Source: Clostridia bacterium
Lineage (GTDB): Bacteria > Bacillota > Clostridia > TANB77 > CAG-508
Assembly (NCBI GenBank): GCA_030539215.1
Contig: JAUNSM010000001.1
Location: 12,669 to 76,668 of the forward strand
Reading direction: 5' to 3'
DNA: 64,000 nt
Shown here: positions 1 through 11,629 of the stretch, in pieces
How positions within the stretch are numbered: the stretch's first letter is position 1
Layout of the letters: each line of letters starts with the position of its first letter
The notes under the pieces: model-generated
The model's input: the letters and a program-made list of their open reading frames with translations, nothing else
Databases searched by the model: none
Told to the model about the DNA's origin: nothing
Position numbers and translations under genes: made by a program

Positions 1-24
1 CTATAAGAGTGGGAGGAATATTAT

Positions 25-318
25 ATGAATTTAGAAGAAAGAAAAAACATATCAAATACTGTTATTCAGAATTTAGTATTAGAAAACAGAGAAAAATTAA
101 GTATTTCAGGAGTCTTAGATGTTCTTAGTTTTGATGATCAAGTAGTAATAGTAGAAACTGAATTAGGACTTTTAAATGTAAAAGGAGAAAATATTAGAAT
201 TAATAAATTAAGTATAGATACTTCAGAAGTTGTTGTTGAAGGTGATATATATAGTTTGTTTTATTCGGAAAAAAGTTCCGAAAAAAAAGGCTCTATAATA
301 GGAAAAATATTTAAATAA
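25..318 (+). CDS. yabP: Sporulation protein YabP
   Basis: 97-aa ORF behind a gggagg RBS. The sequence (LENREKLSISGV...VIVETELG...VKGENIRINKL) looks like the YabP family. It is followed by yabQ and a divIC-like gene, as in spore formers. Confidence 0.8.
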   Translation: MNLEERKNISNTVIQNLVLENREKLSISGVLDVLSFDDQVVIVETELGLLNVKGENIRINKLSIDTSEVVVEGDIYSLFYSEKSSEKKGSIIGKIFK

Positions 319-331
319 CAAAGGTGATAAT

Positions 332-820
332 TTGGAAAATCAGGCATATTTGTTTACAATTTTTATTTTAGATGGATTCTTAATTGGTGTATTATTTGAT
401 ATTTTTAGAATATTGAGAAAGTCTTATAAAACAAATGATATTATAACTTATATAGAAGACATTTTGTTTTGGCTTATTACGGCTTCTATTATTTTATATT
501 CAATATTCAAATTCAATAATGGTGAGTTACGAGGATTTATATTTATAGGATTAGGATTAGGAACAGCAATATATATTCTGTTGTTCAGCAAAATTTTTAT
601 AAAAATAAATTTATTTATAATTAATATAATTAAAAAGGTTACTTACTATATAATTGTTATTCCATTAAAAGTCTTATTTAATATTACTAATAAAACAGTA
701 TTAGAACCTATTTCTTTTATAGTTATAAATCTAAAAAAGACATTGTCAAAAATTATACTAAAAGCAAAAAGTGTGTATAATAAAAAGAAAAAAAATGAAT
801 ATAAGAAGGATTTAATATGA
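332..820 (+). CDS. yabQ: Spore cortex biosynthesis membrane protein YabQ
   Basis: Small multi-TM protein directly downstream of yabP (conserved synteny). TTG start. Confidence 0.6.
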   Translation: MENQAYLFTIFILDGFLIGVLFDIFRILRKSYKTNDIITYIEDILFWLITASIILYSIFKFNNGELRGFIFIGLGLGTAIYILLFSKIFIKINLFIINIIKKVTYYIIVIPLKVLFNITNKTVLEPISFIVINLKKTLSKIILKAKSVYNKKKKNEYKKDLI

Positions 821-887
821 ATTTGTTGAAATATATAGTATAGGATAAAAATAATATATATTTTATATTACTGGAGAGAAAATACAG

Positions 888-1172
888 ATGAAAAAATTAT
901 TAAAATCAAATAAAATTTATAAGAAGTTACTCATATTTGGTGTTTTGCTTTATATAATGTATATTTTTATTGGACAACAAACAACATTAAGTTCATATAA
1001 AAATACACAAAAATATTATTCTGAGCAGCTAAATAAACAGTTAGCATATCAAAAATCTTTATACGAAACTAAATCAAATATAAACTCAAAAGAATATATA
1101 GAAGAAGTAGCTAGAGAAAAATTAGATATGTATTTACCAAATGAAAGAGTATATATAGATAAAGAAAATTAG
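888..1172 (+). CDS. Septum formation initiator (FtsB/DivIC family)
   Basis: 94 aa with an N-terminal TM helix and a coiled-coil. C-terminal motif AREKLDMYLPNERVY is typical of DivIC/FtsB. Synteny after yabPQ. Confidence 0.6.
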   Translation: MKKLLKSNKIYKKLLIFGVLLYIMYIFIGQQTTLSSYKNTQKYYSEQLNKQLAYQKSLYETKSNINSKEYIEEVAREKLDMYLPNERVYIDKEN

Positions 1173-1227
1173 TTTTAGGTAGGTTATACAGCCTATCTAA
1201 TTTATAATTTAAGGAGGATATAGTCAA

Positions 1228-2526
1228 ATGAGCCTTGAAGATTTAACTCTTATACAACTAAAAGAAAAAGCTAAAGAAAAAGGAATCAAAAATGTATCAA
1301 AATTAAAAAAAGACGAAATATTATCTTTATTAAGTGAAGAAAAATTAGATGAAAATAACCCAATAAAAAAAATAGAAGGTGGATATAAATTAACAAACGA
1401 AGGTGATGAATTTGTTAAAGGAATCTTAGCAGTTTTACCTGATGGATATGGTTTTTTAAGAGGTGATAATTATTTACCAACCTCAAAAGATGTATATATC
1501 TCACCAACTCAAATAAAAAGGTTTCGTTTAGATACAGGAGATATGGTAAAAGGAATAAAAAGAAAGCCAAAAGAGGGAGAAAAATTTCCTGCATTAATTT
1601 ATGTAGGTGAAGTGAATGGGGAACATCCTGAAAATGCAATGAAAAGGCGTTTGTTTGATGATTTAACCCCTATATATCCAAATGAAAGATTAAAATTAGA
1701 AACTATTGCTTCTGAATATACGATGAGGTTAATGGATTTATTGTCACCTATAGGAAAAGGGCAGAGAGGAATGATAGTAGCTCCTCCAAAAGCAGGAAAA
1801 ACAACCATTCTAAAAAAAATAGCAAATAGCATTACAACAAATAATTCTGATATTGAATTAATAGTTCTTTTGATTGACGAAAGACCAGAAGAAGTAACAG
1901 ACATGAAAAGGTCAATAAAAGGAGATGTTATATATTCTACGTTTGATGAAGTGCCTGAGCATCATGTTAAAGTGGCTGAAATGGTATTAGAAAGAGCAAA
2001 AAGATTAACAGAACAAAAAAAAGATGTAGTAATACTACTAGATAGTATTACCAGACTTGCAAGAGCATACAATTTAGTAATACCAACATCAGGGAGGACT
2101 CTTTCTGGAGGACTTGACCCAAGTGCTTTACATAAACCAAAAAGGTTTTTTGGAGCAGCAAGGAATACTGAAGATGCAGGTAGTTTAACAATTTTGGCAA
2201 CTGCTTTAGTAGATACAGGAAGTAGAATGGATGATGTTATATTCGAAGAATTTAAGGGAACAGGAAATATGGAAGTCCATTTAGATAGAAGGTTATCAGA
2301 AAAAAGGGTTTTTCCAGCAATAGATATAAATAAATCTGGAACTAGAAAAGAAGAATTACTATTAACAAAAAAAGAATTAGAAATAATTTTTTCTTTAAGA
2401 AAATCAATGTCTAATATGTCTGCACAAGAAATGACAGAACAATTAATAGATCAAATAATAAGTACAAAATCTAATGAAGAATTTTTAACAAGAATAAACT
2501 ATTTTTTTAAAAATCGAAATGTTTAA
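1228..2526 (+). CDS. rho: Transcription termination factor Rho
   Basis: 432 aa. N-terminal Rho_N ([10 protein letters not shown]), an RNA-binding domain, Walker A PPKAGKT, and the motifs RLARAYN and [25 protein letters not shown]. Confidence 0.95.
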   Translation: MSLEDLTLIQLKEKAKEKGIKNVSKLKKDEILSLLSEEKLDENNPIKKIEGGYKLTNEGDEFVKGILAVLPDGYGFLRGDNYLPTSKDVYISPTQIKRFRLDTGDMVKGIKRKPKEGEKFPALIYVGEVNGEHPENAMKRRLFDDLTPIYPNERLKLETIASEYTMRLMDLLSPIGKGQRGMIVAPPKAGKTTILKKIANSITTNNSDIELIVLLIDERPEEVTDMKRSIKGDVIYSTFDEVPEHHVKVAEMVLERAKRLTEQKKDVVILLDSITRLARAYNLVIPTSGRTLSGGLDPSALHKPKRFFGAARNTEDAGSLTILATALVDTGSRMDDVIFEEFKGTGNMEVHLDRRLSEKRVFPAIDINKSGTRKEELLLTKKELEIIFSLRKSMSNMSAQEMTEQLIDQIISTKSNEEFLTRINYFFKNRNV

Positions 2527-3515
2527 AAAATGAAATTGTTCTTTCTACGATTTCTGGAAAATTTTTTTGCATAAAACAGAGAGAAGTATCTGATTGGGAA
2601 ATTTATTCAGAAAAAAGTAATCATAATTCTAATAGTAATATAATTTATTTTGAAAATTTTAAATAAATTATTGACATTTATTTTTTTTTATGATTATAAT
2701 TAGTCAATCACTGATTGTTTAATTAGGGTAGAGAACATCTACTTTAATATTTCAAATCATAACATTGCACAAAATCAAAGTTTTGCGCAATTAGGTATAG
2801 GGGTAAAATATAAAGATGCCTGTTCTGGTATCCTGCAAACCTCCTTAGTATCAGCCTCTTATAAGCCTTTACTAATATTCTATTCATATAACTTGTTACT
2901 TTTATAATTATTACTTCTTAAAATCGATTCTCACGTGTTTTTATTATAACTTTATATAATTACTTATCTGGTATTAATTTTTCATTTTTAATTTATAATT
3001 TTATTTTCAAATTTTTATTATAATTAAATTTTTCTATTATTTTTTTATAATTTCTATTCAATTTTTTCAAAATCGTTACAAGCCCTTATTTTAGCCATAT
3101 TTAGGACAACAAACTATATGTCTAAAATATAAAAACGCCTTAAAATCGATTCTCGTGCGTCGCTTTTTTAGACATTTTTAGCAGTTTTTTGATGTCTCTC
3201 AAAAATGCTTATTTTTCAGTATAGCTAACGCATAATTGCACAAAACTTTGATAATAGGATGAATTTTAATAATTTATATGTATAATCTTTATAAGTTTGT
3301 TAAAAATATATTATAAATTATATTCCGAAAACTTAAAAAAAGTTTGACTTTTCGGAATAAATAACATATATAATATTATAAAATTTCTAATTTCATTTTA
3401 AAATTTACTTTTTATTTTCTAAAACTTTTTATGTATTCTTTTCTTCAGATAATTTTTTTATTTTTAAATATTAAAATTTAATCATTTTATTAATGTTTCA
3501 AAATTTGGTAGTCCC

Positions 3516-4389
3516 CTACTCCCTCTTGGCTTTTTTGCAATAATATTCATATTGTTTTGTCAACCAATTCGCAATATCATATATTTGTATCCCCTCATAT
3601 TGATAATCTTCATGTCTTGTTCTAGCAATTATTATTTTAGGATATGCATCTCTAATTTGAATTAATGGTTCAGCTTCTCTTTTTAATGTTTTATCTTCAT
3701 CAATATTATCTGAGACCTGAATGTAAAGTTTTTCATTTTGTTTCATCGCTACGAAATCAATTTCTTTATTATATAAAGTTCCTACATAAATTTCATATCC
3801 TCTTCTAAGTAATTCTATTGCAACGATATTTTCATATACTCTGCCATAATTAATATTTTTTTTCCCTAATTTTGCATATTTAAATGTTTGATCAACTAAA
3901 TAGTATTTATCTATTGAAGATAAATATTTTTTTCCTTGTATATCATATCTTCGCACTTTATAAAATGCAAAAGCATCACAAAGATAGTTTATATATACGG
4001 CTATAGTTTTATCATTAGTAGCTAAATTGTTTTCATTTAATTTGTTTGAAACATTTCTATAAGATGTTAAATTAGATATATTGTCCATCATAAATTCAGT
4101 TAGACTATCCATAAGTCCAACATTTTGAATATTGTATTTTTGTTGAATGTCACGCACAATTAAAGCGTTGTATACATCATTTATATAATTATATTTTCTT
4201 TTAGCATAGTCATATAAATATGAACCTGCCATACCTCCATCAAATACATATTGATCAAAAGCATCCTGAATATTCTTTATATTGAAATATTTTATATATT
4301 CTTTAAATGTGCAATCATTTAAGGATATTCCAACATCAGTTGTTTCAGGGATTAAATAATATATACTTGTTATTTTTATTTTTTTATGT
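3516..4389 (-). pseudogene. 5'-truncated AAA-family ATPase, DUF4143-type C-terminal half only
   Basis: The track ORF 3516..4232 continues in frame upstream to 4389 with no start codon. The sequence resembles the C-terminal half of AAA_14/DUF4143 ATPases. The P-loop half is absent and murI signals begin at about 4420. Confidence 0.5.
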
Positions 4390-4433
4390 TATTATTCTAA
4401 AAAATATCACAAAAAACAGGTGAAGAGATAAGA

Positions 4434-5186
4434 ATGAATGATAATAGAAAAATAGGTATATTTGACTCTGGAATAGGAGGAGTTACAGTTCTTAAAGAAA
4501 TAGTAAAAGTTTTACAAAGCGAAGATTATATATATTATAGTGATTCTAAAAACAATCCATACGGAGATAAATCGGATAATGAGATTATGAATATTTGTGA
4601 CAATATTGTTAAGTTTTTTATAAAAAATGACTGCAAAGCAATAGTTATAGCATGCAATACTGCAAGTACAAAAGTGGCAGATAGATTAAGAGAGAAATAT
4701 CTAAATATTCAATTTGTAGCAATAGAACCAGCATATAAAATGGTGTATGATTATGCATACGAAAAGTCAACATTGATAATGGCAACAAAAGGAACAATAG
4801 AAAGTGAAAAGTTTAATATTTTATACAATAAATTTAATAATTACAAAACGTATCTATTAGAATGTGTGAGGTTGGCAGATATTATAGAAAGTGGTGAAAA
4901 GAAAAAGATAAAAGAATATCTAAATGATAATATAGGAAAATATAAAAAAAAAGTTCAAAATGTAGTATTAGGTTGTACACATTATCCATTAATACAAAAT
5001 GAAATTAAAGATACATTAGGAAATGTTACGTTTTTCAATGGTTCGTATAGATTAGCTATACATTTGAAGGAAATATTAGAAAAGAACAAAATGATAGGAA
5101 AAAACGAGGGAAAAATAGAATTTATTGATTCACAGAGGTTAAAGAGAAAAGAAGAAAGATTTTATAAAATATTAGAAAACAGGTAA
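4434..5186 (+). CDS. murI: Glutamate racemase
   Basis: Motifs IGIFDSGIGG, IACNTAS and LGCTHYP, with the two catalytic Cys contexts of MurI. Confidence 0.9.
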   Translation: MNDNRKIGIFDSGIGGVTVLKEIVKVLQSEDYIYYSDSKNNPYGDKSDNEIMNICDNIVKFFIKNDCKAIVIACNTASTKVADRLREKYLNIQFVAIEPAYKMVYDYAYEKSTLIMATKGTIESEKFNILYNKFNNYKTYLLECVRLADIIESGEKKKIKEYLNDNIGKYKKKVQNVVLGCTHYPLIQNEIKDTLGNVTFFNGSYRLAIHLKEILEKNKMIGKNEGKIEFIDSQRLKRKEERFYKILENR

Positions 5187-5245
5187 AAGTATTGAATTTT
5201 ATAAAAAAAAGAGTGTATAATACAAAAAGACAAGGAGGTGTTTTT

Positions 5246-6226
5246 ATGATGAATAAAGAGTCAAATCCAGGATTTTTAAATTCATTTTTAGATTATAGTA
5301 TTACTATATTAAATAAATCTCCTAATAGTATAAAGGAATATAATTATGATATATCCAATTTTTTGAAATTTATAAAGATTCAGTTTAAATTAACTAATGA
5401 AAAAGATTATTCTAAAATTGATATCAATGATTTAGATATTGATATAATAAAAAAAATAGCTTTAGACGATATTCATAAATATATATCTTATATGGCAACT
5501 GAATTAAAGAGTAAACCAGCAACAAGAGCTAGAAAAGTTTCTACAATAAGAGTATTTTTTAAATATTTGTCTCAAAAGGCAAAATTAATAGAATTTAATC
5601 CTGCTCAAAATTTAGAAACTCCTAAAATAGGAAAAAGAATGCCAAAATATCTTTCTTTAGATGAAAGTAAACATTTGTTAGAAATTGCCAAAAATGAAGA
5701 TAACAGAAACAAAGAAAGAGATTATGCTATTATTACTTTGTTTTTAAACTGTGGTATGCGTTTATCTGAATTAGTTAAAATTAATATTAATGATATTAAT
5801 TTTAGTGATTGCAAATTAAATGTTATTGGTAAAGGTAATAAAGAACGCACTATATATTTAAATAATGCTTGTATATTAGCTATAAATCAATATTTATTAG
5901 AAAGACCTAAAGAAGGAATTAAATACAACTCAAAAGATGCATTATTTTTAAGTGAAAGACGTGAAAGAATTAGTAATAGGACTGTACAAAGCATTGTAAA
6001 AAAAGAACTGTTAAAAGCAGGACTCGATATTAACAAGTATTCTGTGCATAAATTGAGGCATACTGCTGCAACGTTAATGTATCAGTATGGAAATGTAGAT
6101 ATTCGTGCCCTTCAAGAATTATTAGGACATGAAAGTATTTCTACTACAGAAATATATACTCATGTTGATAATAGCCAAATTAGAAGTGCTGTAGAAAATA
6201 ATCCATTAGCTAATTATATTAAATAG
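5246..6226 (+). CDS. Tyrosine recombinase, XerC/XerD family
   Basis: ATG at 5246 follows aaggagg. The C-terminal catalytic region carries RLSEL, HKLRHTAAT and LLGHESISTTEIYTH. Confidence 0.85.
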   Translation: MMNKESNPGFLNSFLDYSITILNKSPNSIKEYNYDISNFLKFIKIQFKLTNEKDYSKIDINDLDIDIIKKIALDDIHKYISYMATELKSKPATRARKVSTIRVFFKYLSQKAKLIEFNPAQNLETPKIGKRMPKYLSLDESKHLLEIAKNEDNRNKERDYAIITLFLNCGMRLSELVKININDINFSDCKLNVIGKGNKERTIYLNNACILAINQYLLERPKEGIKYNSKDALFLSERRERISNRTVQSIVKKELLKAGLDINKYSVHKLRHTAATLMYQYGNVDIRALQELLGHESISTTEIYTHVDNSQIRSAVENNPLANYIK

Positions 6227-6515
6227 TTGGTATTAATAGTTTTTGATCTACATTTATATTGCTATTTGCCAAATTGTTTATTCTAATAATATCATCTATT
6301 ATATATCTTAAATCTTTATTTTTATAATATGAATTTGATTTTGCTTCAAAGTTTGCAATATTCCATAATGTATCTCCTGTTGATACATAAATTGTTTTGT
6401 ATTGCTTTTCTCCACATGAATATGTAGATTTTGATACTATTAAAGATAGTATCGAAATAATTAATAATATTAATAATAAACTGGTTATAAATTTTCTTTT
6501 ATTTACTATTTTCAT
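6219..6515 (-). CDS. Small membrane-anchored LysM-domain protein (YneA-like architecture)
   Basis: Probable start is MKIVNK at 6515, behind aaggagg. One TM helix followed by a LysM motif (YVSTGDTLWNIA...LLIP). Confidence 0.6.
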   Translation of the reverse strand: MKIVNKRKFITSLLLILLIISILSLIVSKSTYSCGEKQYKTIYVSTGDTLWNIANFEAKSNSYYKNKDLRYIIDDIIRINNLANSNINVDQKLLIPTI

Positions 6516-6680
6516 TTTATCCTCCTTGTTTTTAAGCAAACATATATTTGCTTTTCTATTTCTTATTATAAACAAATGTTTGCGTCTTGTCAATTGTTTT
6601 TTAAAAAATTATAATCTTTCTATACTTTTTTTTACTAATATGATAAAATATCAATATTAGTTAATAAAAAGGAGATTTTT

Positions 6681-8220
6681 ATGAAAAATAAAGAAACAAT
6701 AATAATTTTAGATTTTTATAGCCAATTTAATCAATTAATAGCAAGACGCGTTAGAGAATGTAATGTATATTCAGAAGTTTTACCTTATGATACCCCTATT
6801 GAGAAAATAAAAGAACATAATCCTAAAGGAATTATATTTACTGGTGGTCCTGCTAGTGTTTATGAGGAAAATAGTCCTAAATGTGACAAGGAAATATTTA
6901 ATTTAGGTATTCCAATTTTAGGAATTTGCTATGGTATGCAACTTATGAGTATTTGTTTAGGCGGAAAAGTTGAAAAAGGAACTAAAAAGGAATATGGAGA
7001 GATAGAAGTAAATCTTGATTCTTCTTCCCCACTTTTTGACGGTTTTGATAATAAAAATATTTGTTTAATGAGTCACACAGATTCAGTAAAGGGCTTACCA
7101 ACTGGATTTAAAACAATTGCTAATACTGATAATACAGCAATTGCAGCAATTGAAAATAAAGATTTAAAATTTTATGGTATTCAATTTCATGCTGAAGTTA
7201 ATAATACCGTAAATGGTGTTAAAATAATTAAGAACTTTTTGTATAATATTTGTAAATGTTCTGGAGATTGGAAAATGTCTTCTTTTGCACAAGAATCTAT
7301 TAAATCTTTAAAAGAAAAAATTGGAGATAAAAAAGTATTACTTGCTTTATCTGGTGGTGTTGATTCTTCTGTTGCAGCTGTTCTTTTAAATAAAGCTATT
7401 GGAAAACAACTTACTTGTATATTTGTAGATCATGGTCTTCTTCGTAAAAATGAAGGTGATGAAGTTGAAACTATATTTAAAAATCAGTTTGATATTAATT
7501 TAATTAGAATAAATGCTAAAGATAGATTTTTAAATAAACTTGCTGGTATTTCAGAACCAGAACAAAAAAGGAAAATTATAGGTGAAGAATTTATTCGTGT
7601 ATTTGAAGACGAAGCAAAAAAAATTGGTAAAGTATACTATTTAGCTCAAGGAACAATTTATCCAGATGTTATAGAAAGTGGTAAAGGAAAAGCTGCTGTA
7701 ATTAAAAGTCATCATAATGTTGGTGGACTTCCAGACTATGTGGATTTTAGAGAAATTATAGAACCTTTAAGGGATTTATTTAAAGATGAAGTTAGAAAAA
7801 CCGGATTAGAATTAGGTATACCAGAAAAGTTAGTATATAGGCAACCATTTCCAGGACCTCGGTCTAGCAATTAGAATTATTGGAGATATAACTAAAGAAA
7901 AATTGGAGATTTTAAAAGATGCGGATTTCATCTTTAGAGAAGAAATTGCAAATGCAGGATTAGATAAAGAATTAAATCAATACTTTGCTGTTTTAACTAA
8001 TTTAAAATCTGTTGGTGTTATGGGTGATTATAGGACATATGATTATACTCTTGCTTTAAGAAGTGTTTGTACAACTGATTTTATGACAGCCTCTTGGAGC
8101 AAAATTCCATATGATATACTGGAAAAAGTATCTTCAAGAATTGTAAACGAAGTAAAACATATAAATAGAGTTGTTTATGATATAACATCAAAACCACCTG
8201 CAACAATTGAATGGGAATAA
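6681..8220 (+). CDS. guaA: GMP synthase (glutamine-hydrolysing); needs a +1 shift at in-frame CGG 7860-7862
   Basis: Track ORFs 6681..7874 and 7903..8220 are the two parts of GuaA (GATase CYGMQ, PP-loop SGGVDSS). Skipping C7860 (cct-C-ggt) gives the conserved [25 protein letters not shown]...PPATIEWE. Confidence 0.9.
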
Positions 8221-8230
8221 ATACAAAAAA

Positions 8231-8261
8231 ATCGTCCCTAATTTTTAGGGATGATTTTTTT
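8231..8261. terminator. Bidirectional hairpin terminator between convergent guaA and guaB
   Basis: atcgtcccta-attttt-agggatgat hairpin flanked by an A-run and a T-run. Confidence 0.6.
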
Positions 8262-8278
8262 GTTTAATATATTCTTAT

Positions 8279-9797
8279 CTACGATTTATATGAAGTGTCT
8301 ATTTCTTTAAGCATTACATCATGTGCTCCACCTTCTGATATACTTACTTCAGAAACCATTGTTAATCTTGCACTTTTATGCAACTCTGGAATTGAAGTTG
8401 CACCACAATTACACATTGTTGATTTTATTTTTGCAATTGTTATTTCTAAATTTTCTTTTAATGCTCCTGCATAAGGTATATATGAATCTACTCCTTCTTC
8501 AAAAGTAAGTTTATCTTTAGCCTCTCCTCCTAAATCATATCTTTGCCAATTTCTTGCTCTGTTTGAACCTTCTCCCCAATATTCTTTAACATAATTATTT
8601 CCTATTTTTACTACTCTTGTTGGGCTCTCATCAAATCTAGCAAAATATCTGCCCATCATTACAAAGTCTGCTCCCATTGCTAAAGCTAATGTTATATGAT
8701 GATCGTAAACTATTCCACCATCTGAACATATTGGAATATATATACCTGTTTCTTCAAAATATTTGTTTCTTTCATCTACTACTTCCATTATGCTACTTGC
8801 TTGTCCTCTACCTATTCCTTTTGTTTCACGAGTTATACAAATAGAGCCTCCACCTACTCCAACTTTTATAAAATCAGCTCCTGCTTCTGCTAAATATCTA
8901 AAGCCTTGTCTATCTATAACATTTCCTGCACCTATTTTTAAATTATCTCCATATTTTTCTCTTACAAAATCAATTGTATTTTTTTGCCATACTGAATATC
9001 CGATCAGATGAATCCATACATATTATATCTACACCTGCTTCTACTAATGCTGGTATTCTTTGCTCATAATCTCTAGTATTTATTCCAGCTCCTACAATAT
9101 ATCGTTTATTTTCATCTAATAATGAATTTGGATTATTTTTTCTATCTTCATAGTCTTTTCTAAATACTAAATACTTTAAATATCCTTCTTTTGTTAAAAT
9201 TGGTAAACAATTAATTTTATTTTCCCAAATTATATCATTTGCTTCTGATAATGTTATTCCTTTTTCAGCCCATACTGCATTGTCTTTTTTTGTCATAAAG
9301 TTGTCTATTGGTTCATCTTGATTATCTCTTGATAATCTATAATCTTTATTTGTTACAATTCCTAAAAATTTTCCTGTTGCTGTTCCGTCATCTGTAATTA
9401 TAACTGTTGAATGACCAGTTTGTTTAACTAGTTTTAGAACCTCCTTTAACGGCGTACCTGCTTTTACGTTTGAATCACTTATTACAAAACCTGCTTTATG
9501 TTTTTTTACATGATAAACCATTTCTGCTTGAGATTCAATTGATTGAGAACCAAATATAAAAGCAAGTCCACCTTCACGTGCTAAAGCAATTCCCATTTTT
9601 TCTCCTGATACAGATTGCATTATAGCAGATACCATTGGAATATTAGCATAATATTTTGATTTTTCTCCTCTTTTAAATTTTACAAGTGGTGTTTTAAGTG
9701 ATACATTTGTTGGTATACATTTTTCTGTAGTTAAATTTGGTAGTAATAAAAACTCATTAAATGTTCTTGATATGTCTGATAATATTTTTGACATCAA
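8279..9797 (-). CDS. guaB: IMP dehydrogenase family protein; needs a +1 shift at in-frame CGG (minus strand, 9002-9000)
   Basis: Track ORFs 8970..9797 and 8279..8788, plus the open stretch between them. Skipping the C gives ...[23 protein letters not shown]...[21 protein letters not shown]...CSDGGI with no stop codons. Confidence 0.85.
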
Positions 9798-9841
9798 ATA
9801 TCTCCTCCTTTTATTTAAATTCTAAATATTATATAATAAAT

Positions 9842-9867
9842 AGAGATTAATTGCAATATTAATCTCT
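9842..9867 (-). terminator. Hairpin after xerD, overlapping a TTGCAA-17-TATAAT promoter for guaB
   Basis: 10-bp stem agagattaat/attaatctct. Weak U-tract on the minus strand. Confidence 0.4.
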
Positions 9868-9897
9868 TATTTTTATTTTATTAGCAAAATGCCTTTC

Positions 9898-10779
9898 TTA
9901 TGCTCTCGGATGTGCTTTATTGTATATATTTTTTAAACTTTCATCTTGAAATTGCATATATATTTGTGTAGAAGATATATCTGAATGTCCAAGCATTGTC
10001 TGAATAGCTTTTAGCTCTGCTCCATTTTGTAATAAATGTGTTGCAAAAGAATGCCTTAAAACGTGTGGCGTTATATCTTTTGAAATATGAGCCTGTTCTT
10101 TATAATACTTTATGATTTTCCAAAAACCTTGTCTTGTTAACCTTTTACCATTTATATTTACAAACAGAGCTTTTTCATTTTCATCTTTTATAATAATTAA
10201 TCTAGCTTCTTCAATATATTGTTTTAAAGCCTTTAAAGACATTGAACCTAATGGAATATTTCTTTGTTTATTAGCAGTTTTACATACTACATAACTGTTT
10301 TCAAAATTAACATCTTCTATATTAAGTGATATTATTTCAGTAACTCTCATGCCTGTTGCATATGCAAATTCTAACATAGCTTTATCTCTTATGCCTTTTA
10401 AATCTATGTTTTTAGGTTGTTCTAGTAGTAATGACACTTCTTGTGCTGTTAAAATACTAGGCACTCTTTTTTCAATTTTTGGTAATTGTATACCCTCAGT
10501 TGGATCTATTTTTATTTTGCTATTTTTTAATTCATATTGATAAAATAATCTAATTGAAGCCAAATTTCTTGAAATGGTAGAAGCCTTTTTATTTATATCG
10601 TGTAAATATTGCAAATATATTTTTATATCATTTGAGTTAATCTTTGAATAGTCTAATTTTTTTAATTCTATATAATTTTTGTATTGAAGTATATCTCTCC
10701 TATATGATTGTAATGTATTATTTGATAACTTTTTATCATTTTCAATAAAATTTAAAAAACTAGAAATTTGTTTATCCAT
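9898..10779 (-). CDS. xerD: Tyrosine recombinase XerD
   Basis: 293 aa. N-terminal SAM-like domain, then the motifs GMRVTEI, HVLRHSFATHLL and MLGHSDISSTQIY. Confidence 0.85.
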   Translation of the reverse strand: MDKQISSFLNFIENDKKLSNNTLQSYRRDILQYKNYIELKKLDYSKINSNDIKIYLQYLHDINKKASTISRNLASIRLFYQYELKNSKIKIDPTEGIQLPKIEKRVPSILTAQEVSLLLEQPKNIDLKGIRDKAMLEFAYATGMRVTEIISLNIEDVNFENSYVVCKTANKQRNIPLGSMSLKALKQYIEEARLIIIKDENEKALFVNINGKRLTRQGFWKIIKYYKEQAHISKDITPHVLRHSFATHLLQNGAELKAIQTMLGHSDISSTQIYMQFQDESLKNIYNKAHPRA

Positions 10780-10908
10780 AATTTAGCTCCTTTTATATAA
10801 TAAAAACACTTGCAAGTGTTTAATTTGTAATTTTTTGTTATATATATATTTATATCAGATTAGAAAAAAAAAGTAAATAGATTTATTTAATAAAAATCAA
10901 AATTAAAA

Positions 10909-11557
10909 TTATATATATTTTATAAACATTAGTAAAACATTTTTAGATACATATACTTCTATTAAAGAAGAACAGATTAACAAAAATAGTATAAATAATG
11001 AGAATAAAGTATGTCTTAATATTTCTAATTTTATATTTTCTCTTCTCTTATCCTTCATTATAGAATTATGTAATTTCATTCCACTTACTGCAAGTGCAAT
11101 TACACAGGGGATGAATAATATGTTTTGCAATAATATTGTTGAAAATAAAAACAGTAAACCTTTTCCGAGTTCCACAAGTTAATATTATTGATGATATTGT
11201 ATATCCTAAACAAAATCCTCTAAAGCAAACAGTTAAATAAACAATTGAAATTCCTATAATTGTTGATCCCATAAACCATAAAAAAACAGCTAGTACACAA
11301 TTTTTTTTAATTGAGTCTTTTAAAAGAGTCAATTCATCAATTTCTTTATTTTCTTTTAAACCATTAATAAAATTTGAGATATAATTACTAATTTCTAATG
11401 ATTGATTTTCTGATGTGTTGTTAATAAATACTACTCCAATAATTATGCCAATAACAAATATTATAGTAATTATAATATACTCTTTAAAATTATTTTCTAA
11501 ATGCGTTACTAAAATCTCTTTTGTTTTTGATGCTTTTCTGTGATATCTTCTGTTCAT
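10909..11557 (-). CDS. spoIIM: Stage II sporulation protein M; needs a +1 shift at in-frame CGG (11167-11165)
   Basis: Track ORFs 11066..11557 and 10909..11175 are two halves of one polytopic membrane protein. act-C-gga joins ...SSIILTCGT-GKGLLFLFSTILLQNILFIP. Sits next to xerD, as is common in spore formers. Confidence 0.7.
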
Positions 11558-11629
11558 CTATTTCCTCCAAAATGTTTATAGATAATGTCTATTCATTTTG
11601 GAGAAAAAAAGAACAAAGAAAATTTATTT

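Noticed and set aside
1415-1904. Two minus-strand ORFs (1415..1639, 1599..1904) inside rho
   Set aside because: They are antisense shadows within a highly conserved gene and have no independent support.
6594-6680. Purine riboswitch upstream of guaA, and at 9798-9897 upstream of guaB
   Set aside because: I looked for the conserved guanine-riboswitch core (UAUAAU...GGAUAUGG...CUACC...CCGUAAAU) and saw nothing resembling it. Only plain promoters and RBSs are present.
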